Positions 28,315 through 36,544 of a DNA stretch of 57,126 bases are shown here, in pieces. Numbering within the stretch: the first letter of the stretch is position 1; each line of letters opens with the position of its first letter. The stretch covers positions 1-57,126 of the forward strand of contig JBHIAE010000018.1 in the NCBI GenBank assembly GCA_046758445.1, in the 5' to 3' direction. This stretch comes from Candidatus Thorarchaeota archaeon (GTDB taxonomy: Archaea > Asgardarchaeota > Thorarchaeia > Thorarchaeales > Thorarchaeaceae). A program made the position numbers and the translations under genes. The notes beneath the pieces were generated by a model. That model was not told the DNA's origin. It worked only from the letters and a program-made list of their open reading frames with translations, and made no database searches.

Positions 28315-28570
28315 GAGTCATCATCCCTTGAACTTGTAAGACTGACCAGGTGACGCATCCAAAGATGCGGCATGTTGCTTCTGGTCACGAGATGGGCCCG
28401 AAAACTTTCAACTATCAAATGCTCTGATTCTGTGTTTCATCTGGCCAACATTGGGAGCCGGAGCCGAAGCTGGCATCTCTGCTGTTTCAGACTGCTCGTT
28501 AGGTTTTTATGGCGCCCGCGTCCGACCCTGACTCGAAACCCGTCCCGTTCTCTTACTTGGTGAGAGTCAA

Positions 28571-30511
28571 ATGACCTTGAAACAGAAGCTTGTTGAACAA
28601 CTCAAAGAGGTCTTCGAGGACCGAGTCGTCACTGAGAAGCATGAGCTTGTTATACATGCTATGGATGTGGGCTCTCTCCCGAAGCAGGTCGGGTGGCTGA
28701 TGAATCCAAACCCTGATGCTATGGTGCAGCCACTGAAACCTGAGGAGGTGAGATTCCTCTACGAGTTTGCAAACAAGCACAAGATCCCATTGGTTCCAAG
28801 AGGCGCAGGTACTTCTGGATATGGGGGCGCCATTCCCCGCAAGGGGGGAATTGTAGTTGACATGCGCGGCATGGACCAGATCATCGACATCGATGAGGAT
28901 AACTTTACCGTCACTGTTGAGCCGGGCCTCTCATGGGCGAACCTGCAGTTTGAACTCAACCGCAAGAACCTCGACCTTCGGTGCTATCCGTCGTCTGGTC
29001 TCTCAGCCACGATAGGTGGATGGGTTGCGCAAGGAGGCGACGGGATTGGCTCTCTCAAGTATGGCACCATTAACGAGAATGTTGTAGAGTTCGAGGTCGT
29101 GTTGCCCACAGGGAAGATCGTCAAGAGCAAGGACACCGATTTGTTCTGCGACACCGAGGGCATCCTTGGAATCATCACGAAAGTCAAGTTGAAGATAAAG
29201 CCACTCACGCCAATCAAGGTGATAGTTTCAAGCTTCGCTGAAAACTATCAGATGGTGCATGCAATCGAGAAGATCATTGAGGACGGTCCCTTGCCATTCA
29301 CTGTCAAGTTCGAGGAGTCGAAATACACGGACCTGAAGAAGCAGATATGGGAGAGCGAAGAGAAGTTCCCATTCCCGGTTCACCATGGCACAATCATGGT
29401 GGCATATGATGGGCCCGAGGAGGAGGCCGAGGAGGGCTTCAGGGTAGTAGAAGAAGCCACCGAGATGTACAGGGGCACTGTTTATGACGAGCACGTAGCC
29501 GAGCACGAATGGCACGACAGATACTACCCGATGAGGATAAAGAAGGCTGGCCCTACTCTTGTGGTTGGCCAAGCTTTTGCCCCGTTGGAGAATCTCGCTG
29601 CCATGCTAGATGACTGGCAGTTCGAGCAAGCCTCCGCGCGTGCAGGACTAGATGGCTATGTGAACTCGAAGAACGCGATCACTTGTATGGCCTATTTCCT
29701 CGAGGATGAGCGACGACGCTTCTTCATGCTCTCCTGGTCTCAGAGCTTTGTAGTCTTCAAGATTGCACAGCGGCATGGAGGTCATGCTCACTCGACTGGA
29801 ATCTGGTTTGCCAATCAAGCCACCCAGTACTTTGGCAAGGAACGGCTTTCGCGTATTCGTGGTGCGAAGCTTAAGTTTGACCCCAAAGAGATTTCCAATC
29901 CTGGAAAGGTCTTTGCCTACTGGCTGCCGTTGATACTAAGATTTGCAAAGTACTTCTTGTGGATATTCTACGACTTGTTCAGAAATGGCCTCGGTCGAAT
30001 CGCACCCATTCTCTTGAAGTGGCTGCAGAACTTGCCGCCGCTGAAGTGGATGCTTCGTTGGGGCAGGGCACATAGCCCTTGGCCAGTGCAGTATGGTCTA
30101 GGATGCTGTATGGTAGACGGTGCAGCAGGAATCGCATCTAGATGGGACTTCGAGAGATTCGGGATGCTACCGTTGTTCGGTCCAAGGCAGTGTGATGTTC
30201 TTTGGATTTCCGGGTCACTCACAAAAAAGATGGCACCTCGATTGCGCAGGGTCTATGAGATGATGCCCGATCCAAAGTTTGTCATAGCCTTTGGACAGTG
30301 CGCTGCATCTGGCGGACTGTTTTGGGACGGCTACTCATTGCAGGTCCCACCCGAAACTGTCGTGCCTGTAGATGTCTATCTGCCCGGTTGTCCACCCAAG
30401 CCTTCGGACTTCGTTCGCGCACACATAATCCTGCAAAACAAGATCAGAGCCGGCACCACTCATTGGCAGATGAAATATGAGAACCAGGATGCCATGGGGA
30501 TGATACAGTGA
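28571..30511 (+). CDS. nuoB: Fusion of GlcD-fold FAD oxidoreductase (N-terminal ~450 aa) and complex I NuoB subunit (C-terminal)
   Basis: PRGAGTSGYGG, YPSS...TIGGWVAQGG and NPGKVF, then an amphipathic linker and GLGCC..., RWDFERFG, PRQCDVL..SG..T.KMAPRLRRVYE.MPDPKFVIA.G.CA.SGG, PVDVYLPGCPP, all in one open frame. Confidence 0.9.
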   Translation: MTLKQKLVEQLKEVFEDRVVTEKHELVIHAMDVGSLPKQVGWLMNPNPDAMVQPLKPEEVRFLYEFANKHKIPLVPRGAGTSGYGGAIPRKGGIVVDMRGMDQIIDIDEDNFTVTVEPGLSWANLQFELNRKNLDLRCYPSSGLSATIGGWVAQGGDGIGSLKYGTINENVVEFEVVLPTGKIVKSKDTDLFCDTEGILGIITKVKLKIKPLTPIKVIVSSFAENYQMVHAIEKIIEDGPLPFTVKFEESKYTDLKKQIWESEEKFPFPVHHGTIMVAYDGPEEEAEEGFRVVEEATEMYRGTVYDEHVAEHEWHDRYYPMRIKKAGPTLVVGQAFAPLENLAAMLDDWQFEQASARAGLDGYVNSKNAITCMAYFLEDERRRFFMLSWSQSFVVFKIAQRHGGHAHSTGIWFANQATQYFGKERLSRIRGAKLKFDPKEISNPGKVFAYWLPLILRFAKYFLWIFYDLFRNGLGRIAPILLKWLQNLPPLKWMLRWGRAHSPWPVQYGLGCCMVDGAAGIASRWDFERFGMLPLFGPRQCDVLWISGSLTKKMAPRLRRVYEMMPDPKFVIAFGQCAASGGLFWDGYSLQVPPETVVPVDVYLPGCPPKPSDFVRAHIILQNKIRAGTTHWQMKYENQDAMGMIQ

Positions 30512-31059
30512 AACTGAGAGAAGACAGCACTTCGTATTGTCTGATGTGGTTCGGTGTGTTGATGCTAAGCGCTTATGCGTTCAGTCTGTTTCTCCAGACA
30601 CAGGCACAACCCTTGATGGCAGTCCATCTGTTGCCTTTGGTGGGTGGGCCACTCATCCTTGTCTTCTTTCTAGTGGGGTACTTCAGACCAGCCAGAGGTC
30701 GAATAAAGGTGAACATGCTGGCCATGTCTATTGTCGTGGGAGTGCTCTACACAATCTATGTTACAATACTCCTGAGTGACCTTGGAGGTGACCTCTATCT
30801 AGCCTCTTGGGGCATGGGAGGAGCCATTCTTGTTGCAGGAGGGATTTCAATTGTGCCTCCATACGAAGAGAGTGTGACGCCAGGCATTATGGACCTCAGC
30901 GCACTACATTATGGTCCTGAGCCTGAACCAGAGGCTGAGCCTGAACCCGAAGCCGAACCAGAAACGGGAAAAGAACCTAGCGTAACTCCCGACTCTACTG
31001 AGTCACCTGAACCGGCACCTGACTCCAAGGAAGAAACTCCGACTGGTGAGGGAGAATAG
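30508..31059 (+). CDS. Four-TM membrane protein with Pro/Glu-rich tail
   Basis: GTGA overlap with the nuoB-fusion stop; four TM helices; PEPEPEAEPEPEAEPE tail; paralogous to 31191..31553. Confidence 0.75.
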   Translation: MKLREDSTSYCLMWFGVLMLSAYAFSLFLQTQAQPLMAVHLLPLVGGPLILVFFLVGYFRPARGRIKVNMLAMSIVVGVLYTIYVTILLSDLGGDLYLASWGMGGAILVAGGISIVPPYEESVTPGIMDLSALHYGPEPEPEAEPEPEAEPETGKEPSVTPDSTESPEPAPDSKEETPTGEGE

Positions 31060-31190
31060 GTCAATCTCAGCGTCTATGGTTGCAAACTCTTGTCTTCTTG
31101 TACATACCTGCAGGTGATACAAAATGGGATAGGTCAGCATGAACGCCTATCCGTCATTCCCAGAAGAACGGAGGAGAGCCGCCACGGCTC

Positions 31191-31553
31191 TCACTCGCGA
31201 AGCCAGCTAAAAGCGGCATAAGCAAGAAGGAGTCCGAAGGCCAACCATGCGAATAGAAGAATTCCAGCCAGGTCGGTGTACTGGGTTATATCCAAGTATC
31301 CATGCACGCCGGCAAAGATTCCCGATAGCATTGTGAGACCAATCCGTCCGCTGCGCGTGTTCGCATAGGCGATACCTAGGGTCGATACCACCAAGAGCAC
31401 ACCGCTCATGAAGATGACGTACTGGTACGACGGATCTATCGGGGCCACCGTTAAAATGATCCAGAGGTATGAACCGATAAGAGTCATCCCAATCAGTAGT
31501 GCCAGGTAATAGAAGAACGTACCCTCTTCCTTGTAACTCAATTGAATCACCAA
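31191..31553 (-). CDS. Four-TM membrane protein
   Basis: Four hydrophobic helices; shares GRI..(N/T)ML and DL.G.L...W motifs with 30508..31059; possible start TTG 31544. Confidence 0.75.
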   Translation of the reverse strand: MVIQLSYKEEGTFFYYLALLIGMTLIGSYLWIILTVAPIDPSYQYVIFMSGVLLVVSTLGIAYANTRSGRIGLTMLSGIFAGVHGYLDITQYTDLAGILLFAWLAFGLLLAYAAFSWLRE

Positions 31554-31893
31554 AATCGTGTGGCTTTACTGAGTTCCCCGTGACATAGGTGGTCTATTTA
31601 ACTGCTTTGAGCAAGTTGGGGCGAAGCCTTTTTATCATGCTAGTTTGTACGCCGGCTTCACGGTCCAGGGTAGTCCTGACACGCTCAAATGGCCTTTCTG
31701 CGCATGCTGGACTACGAATTGGAAAATGATGTGCACATCCATTGGACCTGAAGATGTTGCCTGGGTGAGGCTGGAGCTAGACAGCTATGTACGGACTATC
31801 CCAAGAGAATCAGTATCACCATGTTTCGCCTTGCCATGGCAGCATTAGGTTGATTCTTCGTTTCGATTCCCAACCTATGGAGGGTCTTGAAGA

Positions 31894-32340
31894 TTGAGGC
31901 TTTTCATCGATTTCATCCCCGTGATAGTATGGGCTTTGCTTGCAATAGTCCTAGTAGTCGTGATGCTTCTTGCCTCATGGGTACTGCGTCCACATATCCT
32001 ACAGAACTCTGAGAAGACGTCGACGTATGAATGCGGTGAAGAGCCAATTGGCCCAGCAAGGATGACATTTCCATATAGCTATATTATCTACACCATTCTA
32101 TTCCTAGTCGTTGATGTTATGGGTGCGTTCCTTTGGCTACTGTCAGCATCCCCACTCAGGCTTGATCCCATAGTTGCTTGGCAGACGTTCATTTTCGTTG
32201 TTCTGATTATGGGGGGAATCGGCTTTGCGGTGAGGTTCATCCCGCAGACGTCACTTGACGGAAGAGAAATGGTGACTGCGTATCGCGCGGCCAAGGCCAG
32301 AGCCCTGGCCAAATCAGACAAGTCAGGGAGGACTCACTAG
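31894..32340 (+). CDS. nuoA: Complex I-like subunit A
   Basis: K.STYECGEEP, three TM helices, FLVVDV; TTG start after GGAGG. Confidence 0.9.
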   Translation: MRLFIDFIPVIVWALLAIVLVVVMLLASWVLRPHILQNSEKTSTYECGEEPIGPARMTFPYSYIIYTILFLVVDVMGAFLWLLSASPLRLDPIVAWQTFIFVVLIMGGIGFAVRFIPQTSLDGREMVTAYRAAKARALAKSDKSGRTH

Positions 32341-32990
32341 TGCAAGGCTTCGAGGCATTGTTTGAGCAAGTGGAGTTCTTGCTGATTGCAGGAGTTGTCA
32401 TTGTACTGGCTTATCTCGCCTTGGAGCACCGAGAGATAGTCTATGCCGCCTTCTTCTTTGGAATCATGGCGTCATTTGTTGCTGGATTCTTCCTGCTTCT
32501 AGAGGCACCTTTCATTGCTGGGATGCAGATCGCTGTATATACAGGTGGTATCAGTGCTCTCATTATCTTCGCGGTTCTCCTTTTGCCCAGGGCACAGGAC
32601 GCAACGTTGGAGGCTTTTGCATCACCACGGGCGAAGAGAATGGGCCTCATCCTGTCAGCCACCATAGCCTTCCTCTCAGCCCTTCTAGCCCTAATCTTCC
32701 CATGGAGTGAGTCTTTTCCTGTATCTCGTGTAACGGAATCGCAAGACCTAGGTCTCTTGGCGGATTGGCTCTGGGGCGAGCACGGAATCTATGTTCAGAT
32801 GATTGCGCTGATCATCATCACGGCTCTAGTGGGGGCGATTGCACTGATGAAGATGGACAAGGCCGAGCTCATTGGTGACATCGTTGGTGAGTTTGGTGTG
32901 GAAGCCATGCCAAGTCCGGGTGAACCAACCGATGAGCAAGAAGAGCCAGAGGAACCTGTGTCTGCCAGCGAGGAGGTGGACGACGAATGA
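32340..32990 (+). CDS. nuoJ: Complex I-like subunit J
   Basis: L.APFIA.MQI.VYTGGI..LI.FAV.L motif; five TM helices. Confidence 0.88.
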   Translation: MQGFEALFEQVEFLLIAGVVIVLAYLALEHREIVYAAFFFGIMASFVAGFFLLLEAPFIAGMQIAVYTGGISALIIFAVLLLPRAQDATLEAFASPRAKRMGLILSATIAFLSALLALIFPWSESFPVSRVTESQDLGLLADWLWGEHGIYVQMIALIIITALVGAIALMKMDKAELIGDIVGEFGVEAMPSPGEPTDEQEEPEEPVSASEEVDDE

Positions 32991-33307
32991 TCCCACTCTC
33001 CTGGTATCTTGCAGTAGGTTTCATCCTAATTGGACTAGGTGCCTACGGAATGATGGTCAAGAGGAACCTCATCAGGATTCTCATCGGAGCAGAGATCATG
33101 GCTAACGGAGTCATGATTGCCCTGGTTGCACTAGGTCTCTATGGCCCTGTATTTGCACTAACTGGACAGGGCTTGGTCATTCTCGTGATATCAGTTGCAG
33201 CCGCACACACTGCATTGGCTATGGTCTTGATGCTTGTTTACAACAGACGTTACGGCACTGTCGATTTCGGAACGCCAATCTCGCAGGAGGAGAAGATCAA
33301 TGTCTAG
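32987..33307 (+). CDS. nuoK: Complex I-like subunit K
   Basis: G..G...KRNLI..LI..EIM.NG, GQ......VAAA; three TM helices. Confidence 0.9.
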   Translation: MIPLSWYLAVGFILIGLGAYGMMVKRNLIRILIGAEIMANGVMIALVALGLYGPVFALTGQGLVILVISVAAAHTALAMVLMLVYNRRYGTVDFGTPISQEEKINV

Positions 33308-33827
33308 AGAAAGACCGGTTTCAGGCTCCTCCGTTGGTAGGCAGTTAGTAAACAAGATACCCGGCGTCGAATGCGAGGTCAAGGATGGCAATGTTGTGGA
33401 ATGCGTTGTCCCAGCGGACAAGATACGTGACGTTGTTTCCCTTATTGACGAGTCAGTTCCGCTTGTCTTTCCCGAATCCGTATTTGGCGTAGACCTCACT
33501 GAAGACAAGTATGAGGTCATCTACATATTCTGGGACAGAACCACTAGTACTCTGTACCAGCTTCGTGTTCCATTGGAGGGTCCGAATCCAGCTGTGGACA
33601 GTGTCTGTGACATATTCCCTGGTCTCGAGTGGTACGAGAGAGAAACCTGGGAGATGTTTGGTATAGGCTTCAGTAATCATCCTGATCTTAGGCTCCTATT
33701 ACTCCCTGATGAGCTGGAGGGAAAGTATCCACTTCGCAAGAGCTTCGAAACCGACAGATCTCGACTCAGTGAAACTGGAATCGCACCACCGCGACCACGG
33801 TCAAAGACTGGAGGCGAATCTCAATGA
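33300..33827 (+). CDS. nuoC: Complex I-like subunit C
   Basis: DSV..IFPG.EWYERETWEMFGI.F..HPDLR.LLLP......PLRK; start ATG 33300. Confidence 0.9.
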   Translation: MSRERPVSGSSVGRQLVNKIPGVECEVKDGNVVECVVPADKIRDVVSLIDESVPLVFPESVFGVDLTEDKYEVIYIFWDRTTSTLYQLRVPLEGPNPAVDSVCDIFPGLEWYERETWEMFGIGFSNHPDLRLLLLPDELEGKYPLRKSFETDRSRLSETGIAPPRPRSKTGGESQ

Positions 33828-34960
33828 CGCCTGACATCCTCGATGAAATCACTGAGATCTGGTTTGGACCTCAGCACGTGTCAGCCCATGGATGGGCTGC
33901 AAAGCTCACTCTCGTTGGCGACTATGTGGTCGAATGTGATCCAAATGCGGGGTACTTTCATAGGTCTGCAGAAAAGTGTCTTGAGTTCCGTAACTTCCGG
34001 CAAGGGGCAATGATTATGGAGCGACTGTGCTTGCTGGAAGCGTTTCTCGCAGAGTATCCCTACATTGCCGCTGTTGAGAAGATTGCGGACGTTGAGGTGC
34101 CAGAGAGAGCTAAGGTCATGCGAACCATAATGATGGAGGCTAGTAGAATCCATTCACTCCAGTTCTGGTGGGGTCAGTTCTCTGCCGAGCTCGGGCTGTT
34201 TGCTATGCTCCTGTGGCCATGGGTTGACCGTGAATTCTTCCTAGACACCTTTGAAGAGCTTTCGGGCTCCAGACATGCAGTATCCTACAGCACACCTGGC
34301 GGAGTCAAGTACGACTTCAACGAGAAAGTGCTGACCAAGCTTGATATTGCCCTTGCGCGATTCGAGGAACGAATGCCCAAGATGCGCGATATGTTGATGG
34401 GTAGCCCGGCATTTCGAGTACGTACAGAAGGAATTGGACAGTTCACGCTGAAGCAGGGCCTCAAGATGGGTCTTAGTGGTCCCCCTATCAAAGCATGCGG
34501 ATACCCGATGGACCTGCGGAAAGATTCCCCGGACTCTAACTTGGCCTACAACCTGGCTGACTGGGAGGTTCCGACAGTTGAGAGTTCTGAGCACCCTGGA
34601 GAAAGTGACGCGTACGACAGAATGGTGCAGAGATTCAAAGAAATGGAAACATCCGTCGAGATAATTCGACAGCTACTGCCACAAGTTCCAGATGGCCCAT
34701 TTGTCGATCCAAAAGCGCGTGCCAAGACCAACAGACTCCCGGAGGGAGAGGCATACGGACGTGTGGAGGGTACTAGGGGAATCTCAACAGTATGGCTGAA
34801 GACGACCGAGAAGGCGCAGACTCCCTATAGAGCCAAGATACGCGGACCGTGCTTCAACTCCTACTATTCACTCAAACATCTTGTTCCGAGTTCGAAGTTC
34901 GCCGACTTCATTGCGATATTTGGGTCACTCGACCCGTACCCAGGATGGTGGGATCGATGA
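33824..34960 (+). CDS. nuoD: Complex I-like subunit D (NiFe ligands mostly absent)
   Basis: GPQH...HG, GYFHRSAEK, VPERA..MRT...E..RI.S, PGGV..D, EG.RG, PYR.KIR.P, GSLD......DR. Confidence 0.88.
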   Translation: MTPDILDEITEIWFGPQHVSAHGWAAKLTLVGDYVVECDPNAGYFHRSAEKCLEFRNFRQGAMIMERLCLLEAFLAEYPYIAAVEKIADVEVPERAKVMRTIMMEASRIHSLQFWWGQFSAELGLFAMLLWPWVDREFFLDTFEELSGSRHAVSYSTPGGVKYDFNEKVLTKLDIALARFEERMPKMRDMLMGSPAFRVRTEGIGQFTLKQGLKMGLSGPPIKACGYPMDLRKDSPDSNLAYNLADWEVPTVESSEHPGESDAYDRMVQRFKEMETSVEIIRQLLPQVPDGPFVDPKARAKTNRLPEGEAYGRVEGTRGISTVWLKTTEKAQTPYRAKIRGPCFNSYYSLKHLVPSSKFADFIAIFGSLDPYPGWWDR

Positions 34961-36108
34961 CGGGAGGTGTATTGTTGCAGGTAGACTTTTTTGCGTGGCT
35001 TCAGGGACTGCCAAGCTGGATTTACGGCATCATCCAGTGGCTCTTCTACCTGGTCACCAACATCTTCTACTGGGTATGGGGAGTGTTCACATGGGTATGG
35101 GCAGCCATATTCGACCCGGCCAACTTCTTCTTCCTCATCAGGGCTATTCTTTTCCCTGGTCTTGTCTTCATTGTCTTGACCCTAATCTATACGGTCTGGT
35201 GGACTCGAAAGCTCTGGGGTCGTATCCAGGACAGAAGAGGTCCGTTCCATGTAGGTAAGTACGGAGGCCTACAGCTATTCGCTGACGCCATCAAGTTAGT
35301 GGCCAAGGAAACCATTATCCCAGACAATGCGAAGCGATGGATGTACAGGCTCTTGCCTTCACTACTGCTTGTCATCGTGTTGCTTCCATTTGCCTTCATC
35401 CCTTGGGACCCAATTTGGTACATTGCCGACCTGTCAGTGAGTCTTGTGCTCATCTTCGCATTCTTGACCGCAGTACCCGTAATCGCGCTACTATCTGGAT
35501 GGATCAGCGGATCCAAGTACACACTGATAGGAGGATTCCGAGCAGCCAGCAATCAGTTTGCATGTGAGATTCCGCTCATCATTTCAACTATTGGACCAGC
35601 ATTGTTGGCCGGATCGTTAAGTGTGATGGGGATCGTGCAGGCCCAAGCAAATGTATGGTACATCCTCTTGCTCCCAATCAATGTGGCAACGTTCCTAGTG
35701 GCTTCAATAGCATCGGTGGGAACCTTCCCCTTTGACGCTCCAGTGGCGGACTCGGAGATTATCTTCGGGTGGAGAACCGAATTCTCCGGAATCTACTTCA
35801 CTATGACGTACTTCGCAGAGTTCGCTGAGCAGATGCTGTATTCTGCTCTCATCGTAACATTCTTTCTAGGCGGGTTCCAAGGACCTGACTTCTTGCCAGG
35901 CAGTGTCATCTTCATCATCAAGTTTCTGATAGTGTTCTTCTTCTTCGTAGTTGTGACCTCGTCTTTCCATCGGTTGAGGATGGACCAGATCGTACGTTAT
36001 TGCTGGAAGTACTTGTTGCCGCTATCAATGCTTAATGTTGTACTAGTCTTGCTGGCCATCGCTCACTTCCCATGGCTAGCTGCGCTGCTTGCACTCGGAG
36101 GTGGCTAG
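34957..36108 (+). CDS. nuoH: Complex I-like subunit H
   Basis: RK..GRIQDRRGP, G.LQ.FADA.KL..KE, SKY.LIGGFR, PFD.P.ADSE...G..TEFSG, R.RMDQ....CWK.L.P; start ATG 34957 or a nearby TTG. Confidence 0.9.
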   Translation: MTGGVLLQVDFFAWLQGLPSWIYGIIQWLFYLVTNIFYWVWGVFTWVWAAIFDPANFFFLIRAILFPGLVFIVLTLIYTVWWTRKLWGRIQDRRGPFHVGKYGGLQLFADAIKLVAKETIIPDNAKRWMYRLLPSLLLVIVLLPFAFIPWDPIWYIADLSVSLVLIFAFLTAVPVIALLSGWISGSKYTLIGGFRAASNQFACEIPLIISTIGPALLAGSLSVMGIVQAQANVWYILLLPINVATFLVASIASVGTFPFDAPVADSEIIFGWRTEFSGIYFTMTYFAEFAEQMLYSALIVTFFLGGFQGPDFLPGSVIFIIKFLIVFFFFVVVTSSFHRLRMDQIVRYCWKYLLPLSMLNVVLVLLAIAHFPWLAALLALGGG

Positions 36109-36112
36109 AGAA

Positions 36113-36544
36113 ATGGGAATTCTCAGAAACTTAGGCGACATGTTCCAAATCCTGAGGCACGTCTTCCGTCAGGTCTTCACTAGGCCCTTCACGTACTTCT
36201 ACCCGTTCGAGGACCGTGAGTACCCGGAAACGACCAGGGGCAGACACATACACATTCGCAAGAACTGTACAGCGTGCTCACAATGCGTAAGAGCATGTCC
36301 TGTAGTGGCGATCAGAATTGACAAGGAGGACAAGATGTACGAGAAGGATGCAGCGCTGTACTTTGATTACACTCGATGCATCTTTTGTGGCTTATGTGTC
36401 CAATCATGCAGGTTTGACGCACTGTTCCACACAGCGGTGGTTGATATCAGTGAGGGCGAGAGGGAGGACCTACTGTACGGTCCGGATAAGATAGAAACCC
36501 TCGACAGGGACCCACTGAAGTGGCGTGGGAGGGAGTTCAGGTAA
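36113..36544 (+). CDS. nuoI: Complex I-like subunit I (2x[4Fe-4S])
   Basis: T..YP.E.......RG, CTACSQCVRACP, RCIFCGLCVQSC; start ATG 36113. Confidence 0.9.
   Translation: MGILRNLGDMFQILRHVFRQVFTRPFTYFYPFEDREYPETTRGRHIHIRKNCTACSQCVRACPVVAIRIDKEDKMYEKDAALYFDYTRCIFCGLCVQSCRFDALFHTAVVDISEGEREDLLYGPDKIETLDRDPLKWRGREFR

Noticed and set aside
2905-30511. Assigning glcD/dld/hdrD gene symbols
   Set aside because: Fold-level similarity only; catalytic motifs differ from the characterised enzymes, so function-specific symbols are unsupported.
30916-30963. Short tandem DNA repeat
   Set aside because: Encodes the Pro-Glu-Ala low-complexity tail of a membrane protein; not an independent element.
33824-34960. 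Group 4 [NiFe]-hydrogenase large subunit
   Set aside because: Both CxxC nickel-binding motifs are incomplete (ERLCLLE; DPYPGW) and NuoB has the complex I-type tandem CC.
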